Origin: a virus
Taxonomy: Duplodnaviria; Caudoviricetes
Reading direction: 5' to 3' (one strand)
IMG/VR virus record: IMGVR_UViG_3300017912_002752
Length of the DNA stretch: 64,000 nt
Of this stretch, positions 9,674 through 18,609 are shown one piece after another. Both the position numbers and the translations under genes were made by a program. Under the pieces are notes generated by a model, which saw only the letters and a list, made by a program, of their open reading frames with translations, was not told where the DNA came from and ran no database searches. The stretch's first letter is position 1. Every line of letters begins with the position of its first letter.

Positions 9674-10952
9674 CTTTCTTCTTCAATTTAGGTAACTTTA
9701 ATCCTACTTGTGTTGGACCTTCACCAACTTTATATTTTTCAAGTAATTCACCCAACTTAGTTGTCATGTGTTCTTGTGTAAAATTATCTCTAACAAATTG
9801 TCTATTCTTACGAGACATCTCTAATGCTTTCTTATAATTTTTATACACAGATTTCAAAACACCAGTTGCTTGTTGGTGGTCTATCTTAAACCACTTTGAA
9901 CCTTCGATGTTCCATTTATTTCTTGCTGATTTGTGTACTTCTTCTATCTTACCACCAACTAAGAAGTTAAATGAAGGATTTAAAAAATCTAAGTGACCAC
10001 TCCATGCTGATGCAATAATAGGTTTACCACTAATACATGCCTCAAGTAATGGTCTACCAAATCCTTCACCATGAGTAAACGATACATGAGATTTCACTTT
10101 TGGATGATTATATACTGAATTCATTTCGTCATCGGTTAAATCACCATCTAATATATAAATATTAGGGAAGTTACTTCCACCAATTCTTCTTTTACATCTT
10201 TCAATTATCTTTTTAATTCTATGTATATTTGATATGGAAGGATTTCCATTATTAGTTTTTAGAATCAACGCAGGTTTACTACCACCTCTAAGATTTGTAC
10301 CTTTAAATGTATTTAAGAAAACTTTTATTAATGAGTATATATTTTTTCTATCATGTCCATCATCACCAGGCAACCAATGTCCTACAAATAAGAAACAAAA
10401 TTGTTCAGGTATTTTTTCAAATACTGATTTAACATTGTTATTAATAGGTTTTTTGTTGTCATAGATATTCTTATCAAACCCCTCAAACAAAACCTCAACA
10501 GGTTTTTCTAATTTCAATTCACCAATCTTTTGTTTAGTTTGGTCATTAAGTTTATCATATACTGCACTTAATGTTCTTGCTGAATGAACGGATGATGTTA
10601 GGGTTAAATCCATTCTATTACACCCATCAATAAATTCTGCAGATGCATCAGAGGTTTCAATAACTGCAGATACACCAATATTAAAATTACCTACTGGCTG
10701 AAATTCACTTGGGATAGTTATCTGAATCCATACTTCTGGTTTCTGTTCTAAGTTATTGATGATTCTTGAAGTTAAATCACTATCTTCTGGTGTTAATGCA
10801 TTCATAGGACATTGACCCCATCTTTGAGACAAAATTTTAATATCCCATTCCTCACCTTTTACATCTATTAAGGACCTAACGAAATCTCTACTTCTTGCTC
10901 CATAACCACTTCTTGTAGCTACTGGACAACTAATTACACATAATTTTTTCAT
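9666..10952 (-). CDS. Glycosyltransferase family 4 (GT-B)
   Basis: SGYGARSR, DRKNI and THGEGFGRPLLEA...SGHLDF. Confidence 0.85.
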   Translation of the reverse strand: MKKLCVISCPVATRSGYGARSRDFVRSLIDVKGEEWDIKILSQRWGQCPMNALTPEDSDLTSRIINNLEQKPEVWIQITIPSEFQPVGNFNIGVSAVIETSDASAEFIDGCNRMDLTLTSSVHSARTLSAVYDKLNDQTKQKIGELKLEKPVEVLFEGFDKNIYDNKKPINNNVKSVFEKIPEQFCFLFVGHWLPGDDGHDRKNIYSLIKVFLNTFKGTNLRGGSKPALILKTNNGNPSISNIHRIKKIIERCKRRIGGSNFPNIYILDGDLTDDEMNSVYNHPKVKSHVSFTHGEGFGRPLLEACISGKPIIASAWSGHLDFLNPSFNFLVGGKIEEVHKSARNKWNIEGSKWFKIDHQQATGVLKSVYKNYKKALEMSRKNRQFVRDNFTQEHMTTKLGELLEKYKVGEGPTQVGLKLPKLKKKDA

Positions 10953-12361
10953 ACTTTGTAAATATCAAATCTTTGTCTTGGTTTCCAATTTTCTAAACAT
11001 CCATCAATTGCTTCAATGAATTTTTCACCCATTTTTTCTGATGCCATGTCACCATCGTTCACAATAAAGTCATGACCTTTTTTACCAGCCTCTTCACATC
11101 CATCTCTTCCCTTTTCATACCATCGTTGTATTGCCTCACCAATATCTTTATATGAACATCTGTCATCGAAAATGTATGGAGTCAAAGGTGAACCTTGTAG
11201 TGATAAGTTAGATGGCCATATAGGTTCTACCCACTCACCCCAAGTTAATTCATCTATGATAGGATTGTCTTTGTCGTGTAGTGACCCAATCTCAACATAA
11301 TCATCTGCGGTTAAAAACTTACCATTTCTTTTGAATCCACATTGGTCTTGTAGTCCACCTGTAACATTGACTACAACAGGAGTACCTGCTCTTAGTGCTT
11401 CACAAGAACCTAATCCAAACCCTTCATTGGATGCTACATTTAAAACTACATCACATGAATTGTAAAACATATTTAGTTGTTCGGTTGAGAGTTTGTCTGT
11501 ACTAAACCCTACATTACCAAACTTACAATTCATTTTAGCTAACTCAGGCATATCAGTACCATTGTCATCAATCGGATTTGTATGCATCCACAATAACATT
11601 TTCTTATCGGGGTGTTTTGCTGCAAATTGTTCAAATCCAAGAATCACATCACCTGGTACTTTTCTACGAATATTTCTATTACACCACCCAACTATAAAAT
11701 CATAGTCATTAAGTTTATACTTGTCTTTGTATGCTAATAGATTAGTGTCTGTAATCTCAAGTGGTTTGAATAATGGTGTTACACCATGTGGTATATATTT
11801 GTATGCCCAATCTTCTTTTGCCATATCATACCAATCAAGAGTTCTTTTGTTGATACCATATGTTTGTTTTGAAATACCTAATAGTAAATCACAACTTGCA
11901 TAAAATGGTGAATTCCAATGTGGGTCTGGTAAAGAGTCCCAAATATTGTAATACATGATTGGACAAACTTGTCTTACCTCAACTTCCATATCATACAACC
12001 ATCCCCAAAATCTTGGGTCTGTAAAATGTAATATGGCGTCAGGTTTTTCTATATTGATTAGTTGTCTTAAGATTTCAGGATTACCATAGCCAGTATTTGC
12101 GTATATTTTTAGATGTGCATCTTCTACGCCTGTAAACTTTCTTATATCATCGTCCAATATGAATTGTTTTCCGTGGTCAGGATGTTTAAGTGCTGCACCT
12201 AACTGAACCCAATCATATTTGTGAATAGTAGATACAACAATCTCTTTAGATTGTGTTGCGATTCCACTATGTAATCTTAAATCATCTGAGAGTAAAAGTA
12301 TCTTTGGTTTTTTAGGACCATCATTAGATACCTTTCTTAGTTTTGGTAGTTCTATACTCAT
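10949..12361 (-). CDS. Glycosyltransferase family 4 (GT-B)
   Basis: NRNIRRK and SNEGFGLGSCEALRAGTP...TGGLQDQ. Confidence 0.85.
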   Translation of the reverse strand: MSIELPKLRKVSNDGPKKPKILLLSDDLRLHSGIATQSKEIVVSTIHKYDWVQLGAALKHPDHGKQFILDDDIRKFTGVEDAHLKIYANTGYGNPEILRQLINIEKPDAILHFTDPRFWGWLYDMEVEVRQVCPIMYYNIWDSLPDPHWNSPFYASCDLLLGISKQTYGINKRTLDWYDMAKEDWAYKYIPHGVTPLFKPLEITDTNLLAYKDKYKLNDYDFIVGWCNRNIRRKVPGDVILGFEQFAAKHPDKKMLLWMHTNPIDDNGTDMPELAKMNCKFGNVGFSTDKLSTEQLNMFYNSCDVVLNVASNEGFGLGSCEALRAGTPVVVNVTGGLQDQCGFKRNGKFLTADDYVEIGSLHDKDNPIIDELTWGEWVEPIWPSNLSLQGSPLTPYIFDDRCSYKDIGEAIQRWYEKGRDGCEEAGKKGHDFIVNDGDMASEKMGEKFIEAIDGCLENWKPRQRFDIYKV

Positions 12362-12411
12362 TCTATAACTTCTTCTTTTTTATTTAACTATAAATATACA
12401 AAAAATATTTA

Positions 12412-12756
12412 TTAAATCCTATTATATTCATCAGAAATTCTAACAATATCATCTTCACCGAAATATGTACCTGTTTGAACTTCTATAAACTCAACGGGTT
12501 CATCAGTTTCGTTCCATGCTCTGTGTTTTGCACCTTTTGGTATTCTGATGGATTCCCCGTATTCTCTAAATACCTTTTCGTCATCTAAAACTATTGTTAG
12601 ATTACCTTTCGTAACAATCCAACATTCTTGTCTTAAAAGATGATATTGATACGATAATTTTTGTCCTGGATTTACTGTAATCCTTTTTACTTTTGTTGTT
12701 GGGTCATCTAATAGTACCTCGTACTTTCCCCATGGTCTTTCATCTATTTCATTCAT
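12412..12756 (-). CDS. Mannose-6-phosphate isomerase type II cupin domain
   Basis: ERPWGKY, LSYQYH, KHRAWN and IEVQTGTYFGEDDIVR; start reassigned to the ATGA overlap at 12756. Confidence 0.85.
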   Translation of the reverse strand: MNEIDERPWGKYEVLLDDPTTKVKRITVNPGQKLSYQYHLLRQECWIVTKGNLTIVLDDEKVFREYGESIRIPKGAKHRAWNETDEPVEFIEVQTGTYFGEDDIVRISDEYNRI

Positions 12757-13148
12757 TGTACAAAACTTGCCTTCTTTTTCCATCTATTTAACAATCTGTT
12801 AAAGTGATTAAATTCTTTTCTTGTAATTTCACCGAAATAAACTATTTTGTCTGAGTTGTGTACAATACAATCATATTGATGAAGTGGTTGTGTTGGATGA
12901 TATGGTCTATCATAATATTCATCGTCCATTCCACTATATAATGTTCTTGAGGTATGTGCAGGATTAAATTCAATATACTTTAGATTCATTTCTAATGCAT
13001 ATTTACGAACCCATTTTTCTACACCATTCTTTTTTCCTCTTGTGATAATTGTTAAATCCTCACCAAACTTTTGTTTTAATTTAAAAATGGTCTCTTTTAG
13101 TTCACCTCTATTCTCGTATTTTTCATCCCCTATAAGAGCTATCTTCAT
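12753..13148 (-). CDS. SLOG/YspA-like (DUF2493-like) protein
   Basis: MKIALIGDE...IITRGKKNGVEKWVRKYA pattern; start reassigned to 13148. Confidence 0.55.
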   Translation of the reverse strand: MKIALIGDEKYENRGELKETIFKLKQKFGEDLTIITRGKKNGVEKWVRKYALEMNLKYIEFNPAHTSRTLYSGMDDEYYDRPYHPTQPLHQYDCIVHNSDKIVYFGEITRKEFNHFNRLLNRWKKKASFVQ

Positions 13149-13632
13149 TTTTATTAAGTGTGTTTTGTACCTTTTTCCAATACTTTTTAGTTTGTTTCTT
13201 CTGTAATCCCTTCGGACCACCATTCCAGCACCTAGCGATTTCTTCATATGAACTCTCTTTGTGATAATAGTCTACAAACACATAAAACATTTCAATGGAC
13301 TTTTCTTTGTCCCATCTATCGTCAAGTGTATAAAATCTATCATCTTTGTTTAGGTTTAATATTCTGTTTACATCATTTACCATGATAGGTCTAATTTGTA
13401 AAATTCCTGCAGCGTTTTCTCTTTTTGCATATGCGTCTTCTTTACCTTTAGACTCTACCCATACCATTGCCTCGACTAAGTCATCGACATTTCTTACAAT
13501 GGGTGCTATTTTAATTTCTTTTTGTTCAATTTTTATTTCTTCAATTGGTAATGTCTCTATTTCATATACCATATCGGGTGAGTTTACCGAAGTACACAAC
13601 AACCCCATCAACATTATTGAAAAATTTCTCAT
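13123..13632 (-). CDS. Lysozyme/lytic transglycosylase-like protein with hydrophobic N-terminus
   Basis: VES (catalytic Glu), GILQI and ARCWNGGP...YWKKV. Confidence 0.75.
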   Translation of the reverse strand: MRNFSIMLMGLLCTSVNSPDMVYEIETLPIEEIKIEQKEIKIAPIVRNVDDLVEAMVWVESKGKEDAYAKRENAAGILQIRPIMVNDVNRILNLNKDDRFYTLDDRWDKEKSIEMFYVFVDYYHKESSYEEIARCWNGGPKGLQKKQTKKYWKKVQNTLNKNEDSSYRG

Positions 13633-14579
13633 ACATTTTTTATTCGTTCAACTTTGGGACATAATTCAGATGTCTTAAAAGGACACCACTTACAATTCTT
13701 ATTATTTTTACCTGCCATCGCAGGAAAGTCCCCTTCTGAATTGTAAGAACCATCATCATTGAAAGCCACATCAATAAACTCATCAAAGTTTTTTACAATT
13801 TTATTTAATGTTGGTTTTCCATGTGCTGGTACAAATTCTTGTACTCTTTGTTGAGCAAACATGGCCTCTTCCCATAGTTTCCTCTTTACTATAAAGTATC
13901 TAACTTGTATCTTTTCTATCGGATATCCGTATTGTTCTGAGAAAAACTTTTTGTATAAAACCAACTGAGCCGTTTTAGTTTTATCAGCTTTCTGCCACTT
14001 ATTCCATCCTCTCGTGGATGTTTTGATATCCCAAATCTCTATTGTATTATCTGCCAGATTCTCAAATACTAAGTCTAAGAATCCTTTCATCATAATATTT
14101 TCGTTTGATTCTGACGCTGGGTAGTATATTGGTAATTCAACACCAACTAATCTCATAGTCCTTGTTGAAAAATACTTTGCTCTGTTCTTTCTTAAGAAAT
14201 CCAATATCTGAATACCATCATCGTAGAACTCATTCATTTCATCTTTGGTAGTAAACTTTACTCCATAGATTGCCATCATCTTTTTGTACTCTTTAGCCAT
14301 TTCTTCTAAGAGTAACTTTTCCAAGTCCATGTCGTTTGCTTTCACCGCAGAATCATTATACATGACTTGTAACCATGCTTGAATAGTCTCGTGCATGGCA
14401 GTACCAAATACAAGATGTATGGATGGGTCAAAGTCTTTGTGACCATCCATATATGTAAGTTTCCATTGTTTAGGACAATTTGCCCACATTGTATATTGTG
14501 AGTAGGAAACCTTTACATCATCCTTCCCCTCTTTATGTACGGGGAAATTAAATATATTGGATACCATTGATTTTTTCAT
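13629..14579 (-). CDS. PD-(D/E)XK exonuclease (RecB/Cas4-like)
   Basis: SYSQY..CP, FGTAMH, GFLDL...DIKTS, QLVLY and C-terminal CKWCPF..C. Confidence 0.85.
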   Translation of the reverse strand: MKKSMVSNIFNFPVHKEGKDDVKVSYSQYTMWANCPKQWKLTYMDGHKDFDPSIHLVFGTAMHETIQAWLQVMYNDSAVKANDMDLEKLLLEEMAKEYKKMMAIYGVKFTTKDEMNEFYDDGIQILDFLRKNRAKYFSTRTMRLVGVELPIYYPASESNENIMMKGFLDLVFENLADNTIEIWDIKTSTRGWNKWQKADKTKTAQLVLYKKFFSEQYGYPIEKIQVRYFIVKRKLWEEAMFAQQRVQEFVPAHGKPTLNKIVKNFDEFIDVAFNDDGSYNSEGDFPAMAGKNNKNCKWCPFKTSELCPKVERIKNV

Positions 14580-14584
14580 CTACC

Positions 14585-14616
14585 TAAAGATAAGAAAAAG
14601 ACTTGGAATCGCCAAA
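14585..14616 (-). promoter_or_regulatory. Bacteroidota-type sigma-A promoter (TTTG-N20-TATCTTTA)
   Basis: Matches the -33 TTTG / -7 TAnnTTTG consensus with a 20-nt spacer; 5 nt before the ATG at 14579. Confidence 0.7.
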
Positions 14617-14622
14617 TCTTTT

Positions 14623-14645
14623 ATGTTAAATAATTGTTAAATTTT
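14623..14645. promoter_or_regulatory. 23-bp element with an 11-bp-period TGTTAAA direct repeat (copy 1)
   Basis: ATGTTAAATAATTGTTAAATTTT, identical to 38862-38884 and at the same offset from the promoter. Confidence 0.6.
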
Positions 14646-15054
14646 ACTTAGCCCACTTCTTTCTTTGGACTATCTGTGCTATAATTCCATAAACACTCAT
14701 ATCTTCGTAAGTATCTTGAATGTTTTCACCAACCTCATCTGGCTGACCTAAAACTACTAATTGTTTTAGTCTTTGGATTTTATCATTCATTCTAAACCAT
14801 AAACCTGTTAGTGATATTTTTATTTCATCATCAGTTTGTAAATTAGTTCCAACTGATATGTTATCAGGTCCATAATTTCTTTGCTTTTTACAGAATGTTT
14901 CATACATTTCTTCTTGAATCTTTTTAAATTCATTTGTAGTATTTGGATACATTCTTTCACAATACTCTATTGCGGTCTCATCTACATTTCTATTCTCTAC
15001 TCTCTCACCTTGCCACTCTACTTTATTTTTTCTATCTTTTATTGTTTGAGCCAT
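14644..15054 (-). CDS. DUF1599 / nucleotide-modification-associated all-alpha domain protein
   Basis: KKQRNYG...RMNDKIQRL...ENIQDTYEDMSVYGII. Confidence 0.7.
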   Translation of the reverse strand: MAQTIKDRKNKVEWQGERVENRNVDETAIEYCERMYPNTTNEFKKIQEEMYETFCKKQRNYGPDNISVGTNLQTDDEIKISLTGLWFRMNDKIQRLKQLVVLGQPDEVGENIQDTYEDMSVYGIIAQIVQRKKWAK

Positions 15055-15482
15055 TTCTTTATTTCTTTTTTATCTAAACCATATTTTAACAATATTTCTG
15101 TAATATCGTCTTTGCTTAATATCTCAAGATAATCTCTAACTTCTCTTTGAGATACTTGATAATATTTTGCAAGATATTCTAAAACATTAGAATTATATTT
15201 GTCATCCTTTTTACCTTTTATGTATTTGTCAAATGACCTTCTTTTTGGTAAAAAGTCAAGGTACATTTTATAAACATCTCTTGGACTGAGTTGACCAATA
15301 GTAAACTTTTGAAGCTCGTTTACCAACTCCAATAGTCCCATATTCATAGAAAGAAACCTATTAACCATAAATGGTTCAAAGGTTTTTTTATCCATAACTG
15401 AAAGACTATCCCAAGGAGTTTTACTTTCCTTAAGTCCAGATAGATGTTGAAATAATGTTTTAGCCTTCTTCGTTGACGCCAT
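15039..15482 (-). CDS. Clamp loader small subunit (T4 gp62-like)
   Basis: FEPFMVNRFLSM...LVNELQ...LAKYYQVSQRE; near the RFC ATPase gene. Confidence 0.65.
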   Translation of the reverse strand: MASTKKAKTLFQHLSGLKESKTPWDSLSVMDKKTFEPFMVNRFLSMNMGLLELVNELQKFTIGQLSPRDVYKMYLDFLPKRRSFDKYIKGKKDDKYNSNVLEYLAKYYQVSQREVRDYLEILSKDDITEILLKYGLDKKEIKKWLKQ

Positions 15483-15750
15483 CAATCAATTCCTTTGGTG
15501 TAAATTTAGGATGAACAGTTCCACAATTGTTACACAATACAATTGGTATTGGTAACATTGACGCTTGACCTGATGGTGATTGAACCGCAGGTACTTCTTT
15601 GTACATGGTTACTTCATCAAAAAATATCCCACCACATTCAGGACATTTCACTGTCTCTAACTTTCTTGGGTCAAGTTTTAATTGAGGTTGTTGTTGTTGT
15701 GAATTTGGTTTACCAAAGTTGACAACTTTTCCTTTTCCTTTTTTTGCCAT
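15460..15750 (-). CDS. Small Zn-ribbon protein
   Basis: CPECG...CNNCG. Confidence 0.6.
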   Translation of the reverse strand: MAKKGKGKVVNFGKPNSQQQQPQLKLDPRKLETVKCPECGGIFFDEVTMYKEVPAVQSPSGQASMLPIPIVLCNNCGTVHPKFTPKELIDGVNEEG

Positions 15751-15752
15751 AA

Positions 15753-16673
15753 TTACTTTCCTAATGTCATTAAAATATTTAATATCATAGCCATCACATT
15801 GATTTCTTTATCAACGACCATTGAGTCTTTATATTGACCATCGGCTATATTCAAAATCGTGTGTCCAACTTTACCACTTGCATATGAATCTACTTCATCA
15901 TAAAGTGCTCTATATAATGGTGTAAAATCTTTCACTTTAGAGTCTGCAATAATTTGTCTTATAGTATTGAACTTTGTTTTCATTTCACCACTATCTTGTA
16001 AAACTTTAATTACATCCTCGGTGTAGTTTGCCTGAATCGTAGATGTAGTATCTATTTTTAACTCACCTTTGACAACTTGTCTTTGTGCCGAGTTCAATAC
16101 TCTACGAATATCAGGGTAACCACTATTGACCAAAATTGCTAAGTCTTCTTTTTCAAACTTAACTGATTCCTCGTTTAATATATCAAACAATCTTTTAGCA
16201 ACTTCCTTCTTTGAAGGTGGTGTTATTGCGAATGTCTGACAACGAGATTGGATTGGGTCAATAATTTTTTCTACATAGTTACAAGTTAAAATGAACCTTG
16301 TAGATTTACTAAAAGTTTCCATTAGATTACGAAGAGCTGCTTGAGCATTTGGTGTCAAATAGTCTGCTTCATCTAATATAATAACTTTCCACTTTCTGAA
16401 ACCCATGGATGATGCGAATCCACGAATCTTATCACGGACTGCATCAACAGAGTTTTCATCAGAAGCGTTGATATACATCAAATCACAATCAATCTGATTA
16501 GTGATTATCTTTGCGAGGGTAGTCTTACCTGTTCCTGCAACTCCATAGAGTAACAAGTGTGGTACATCCTCATTCTCAATGTATATCTTTACTTTGTCTA
16601 AGATATGTTGATTACCAACATAACCATCTAATGTATCGGGTCTATACTTTTCAACCCATAGTGAATTACTCAT
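15753..16673 (-). CDS. Clamp loader AAA+ subunit (RFC / T4 gp44-like)
   Basis: WVEKYRP, GVAGTGKT, ILDEAD and SRC motifs. Confidence 0.92.
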   Translation of the reverse strand: MSNSLWVEKYRPDTLDGYVGNQHILDKVKIYIENEDVPHLLLYGVAGTGKTTLAKIITNQIDCDLMYINASDENSVDAVRDKIRGFASSMGFRKWKVIILDEADYLTPNAQAALRNLMETFSKSTRFILTCNYVEKIIDPIQSRCQTFAITPPSKKEVAKRLFDILNEESVKFEKEDLAILVNSGYPDIRRVLNSAQRQVVKGELKIDTTSTIQANYTEDVIKVLQDSGEMKTKFNTIRQIIADSKVKDFTPLYRALYDEVDSYASGKVGHTILNIADGQYKDSMVVDKEINVMAMILNILMTLGK

Positions 16674-17860
16674 CTACCTACTTCTTTTAAATATGTTTCT
16701 TTTGCTTTGTCCCAACTCATTCCAATAATATCCATGTAATACAATGTATCTGGTTTCAATCTGTTTTCATCGTGTAACTTAGTGTATCTTCTGATAGCTT
16801 TCTTTTTCCACCATCTGATTGTGTAATCGTCACCTTCTTCAAACTTCTTCTTCATCTTAAGTTGACTTTCATCAATCTCATTTCTAAGAAATTCATTTCC
16901 GTTGTCATACATCATTGCGAAGTAAACACCTCTTTTGAATCCATGTTGATATTGTGTACTTTTGATTCCTAACTCTTTAAAAATCATAGACAATATTCTT
17001 TGCTTGATACCAGATACAGGTCCTTGAATACCTTCTTTTTGAGTTGTAACTTTTTTATATTCTTCGGATTTGTTTTCTTTAATCCATTGATGCCAGATAT
17101 CGTAAAATTCATTATCAGGTTTAGTGGAAACTTTACCTGTTGATTCACCTAATGTTTTGAAGTGTGGGATTCCATTATACTGAGAATGGATTCCATAAAG
17201 AGAAGTTGTGCCAACTGCTATAAGAGTTTGTCCATACTTTTCTTTCCACAAGTCTCTGAATGTAGGTGAGGTTGTTAATGCTGATACAAGTTTACCACCT
17301 AAGAAATTATATCCTAAAGGTTGTGTTGCGATGATAGATGTTCCAATCGTAGTATGATTTAACTTACCATCTTTAAACTTATTCTCTTTATCCCAACCAA
17401 TGTATTTATCACGGACACCTAAAGATGTTACATCAGAACCAAGAGATATTACACCAAGGACTTTACCACTTTTTCGGTCTTTAGCAAATGCTTTTATATT
17501 ACGACCAGGATTAGCAGTAAATTCCATAGATGAAATACACTTACGAATGTCAGTCCACTTCGCAGTGCCTGATGAATCTGTAATTAACTCAACATAAGGT
17601 TCTAACTCCTCAATCTCTTTGATTGTTAGTTCCTTATTGTAAATGTCAGTCGGAGTCCAAATCATATCAAAAGACTTTGCAAGACTTGGTTTTCTTGCCA
17701 TAGACTTTGGTAAATCTGAATTCCATTCCTGCCACTTTTTGTAAAGAGTTTGTTCTTCGACAGGCATAGTAGACAAATACTCCATGTTGTCAATGAATCG
17801 TTTTCTCTCTACATCGTAGTCAAAAACAGGTTTCGCTGGTTCTGTATCCCAAAATTGCAT
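16670..17860 (-). CDS. DUF4338 / Druantia DruA-like protein
   Basis: NPGR...LGVISLGSD...RDKYIGW...PLGYNFLGGKLV...TTSLYG..SQYN. Confidence 0.65.
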   Translation of the reverse strand: MQFWDTEPAKPVFDYDVERKRFIDNMEYLSTMPVEEQTLYKKWQEWNSDLPKSMARKPSLAKSFDMIWTPTDIYNKELTIKEIEELEPYVELITDSSGTAKWTDIRKCISSMEFTANPGRNIKAFAKDRKSGKVLGVISLGSDVTSLGVRDKYIGWDKENKFKDGKLNHTTIGTSIIATQPLGYNFLGGKLVSALTTSPTFRDLWKEKYGQTLIAVGTTSLYGIHSQYNGIPHFKTLGESTGKVSTKPDNEFYDIWHQWIKENKSEEYKKVTTQKEGIQGPVSGIKQRILSMIFKELGIKSTQYQHGFKRGVYFAMMYDNGNEFLRNEIDESQLKMKKKFEEGDDYTIRWWKKKAIRRYTKLHDENRLKPDTLYYMDIIGMSWDKAKETYLKEVGR

Positions 17861-18555
17861 TACTTAATCTCTACTAAATAATAGTTAGACTTAAATCCAT
17901 CATTCTCAAATGAGACATGAGCTAATCCACTTGGTGAAATCTTCAATGAAGATGATTTTGCACCTTTGTTAGCATTAAGGATTTCTTTTAAGTATTTTGC
18001 TGAGAATGAAATTGGTTCTACATCACCATCACATTCACACTCTACATTAATAGAAATTCTGTTAGAGTTAATCTTTGAGTAACCTAAGATTACTTCACCT
18101 TTGTCACCTTTACAACTGAATGTAAATGTATCTGAATCAGATAATGCACCTTTTGATTTTACAAACTTGTTTACAAAATCATTGTCCATCTTGATTGTAG
18201 ATGTAAACTCAGGTAATTGTTTTAAATCTGGCACAACAGGTATAACAGATAAATCAGCCAACATATAGTTTACTGAAGTTCCTTTATCTGAGAATACAAG
18301 TGATGCGTCACCTTCGTTTACATCAATGTCAGAATCTAATACAGTTAGTAATCCTTTTAATTGAGAGGTAGTGTAAACACCAAACTCACCACTTGGGAAG
18401 TCTTTGTTATCACTACTTACATTTCCTAATAGGGTCTTATCATCAGAAATAAATTTGACAGATAATCCCTCTTCTGTTGAATCAATTTTAACTGATTCGA
18501 CTTCACCACCCAAGTTGTAACGAGTAATGAAACCTTCAAACGAGCTTTTTTTCAT
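17860..18555 (-). CDS. DNA sliding clamp (T4 gp45-like)
   Basis: 231 aa, acidic and beta-rich (EFGVY..QL, ISFSAKYLKEIL); lies between PolB and the clamp loader. Confidence 0.75.
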   Translation of the reverse strand: MKKSSFEGFITRYNLGGEVESVKIDSTEEGLSVKFISDDKTLLGNVSSDNKDFPSGEFGVYTTSQLKGLLTVLDSDIDVNEGDASLVFSDKGTSVNYMLADLSVIPVVPDLKQLPEFTSTIKMDNDFVNKFVKSKGALSDSDTFTFSCKGDKGEVILGYSKINSNRISINVECECDGDVEPISFSAKYLKEILNANKGAKSSSLKISPSGLAHVSFENDGFKSNYYLVEIK

Positions 18556-18577
18556 AATTTACTATTGTTTATTTTTA

Positions 18578-18609
18578 TTAATATACGAAATTTATTTTTA
18601 AAATCCAAA
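18578..18609 (-). promoter_or_regulatory. Bacteroidota-type promoter (TTTG-N20-TATATTAA)
   Basis: Exact 20-nt spacer; upstream of the clamp gene. Confidence 0.65.

Noticed and set aside
16670-17860. A complete Druantia defence system
   Set aside because: Only a DruA-like gene is present, with no DruE helicase or other dru genes, and it sits in a phage replisome operon.
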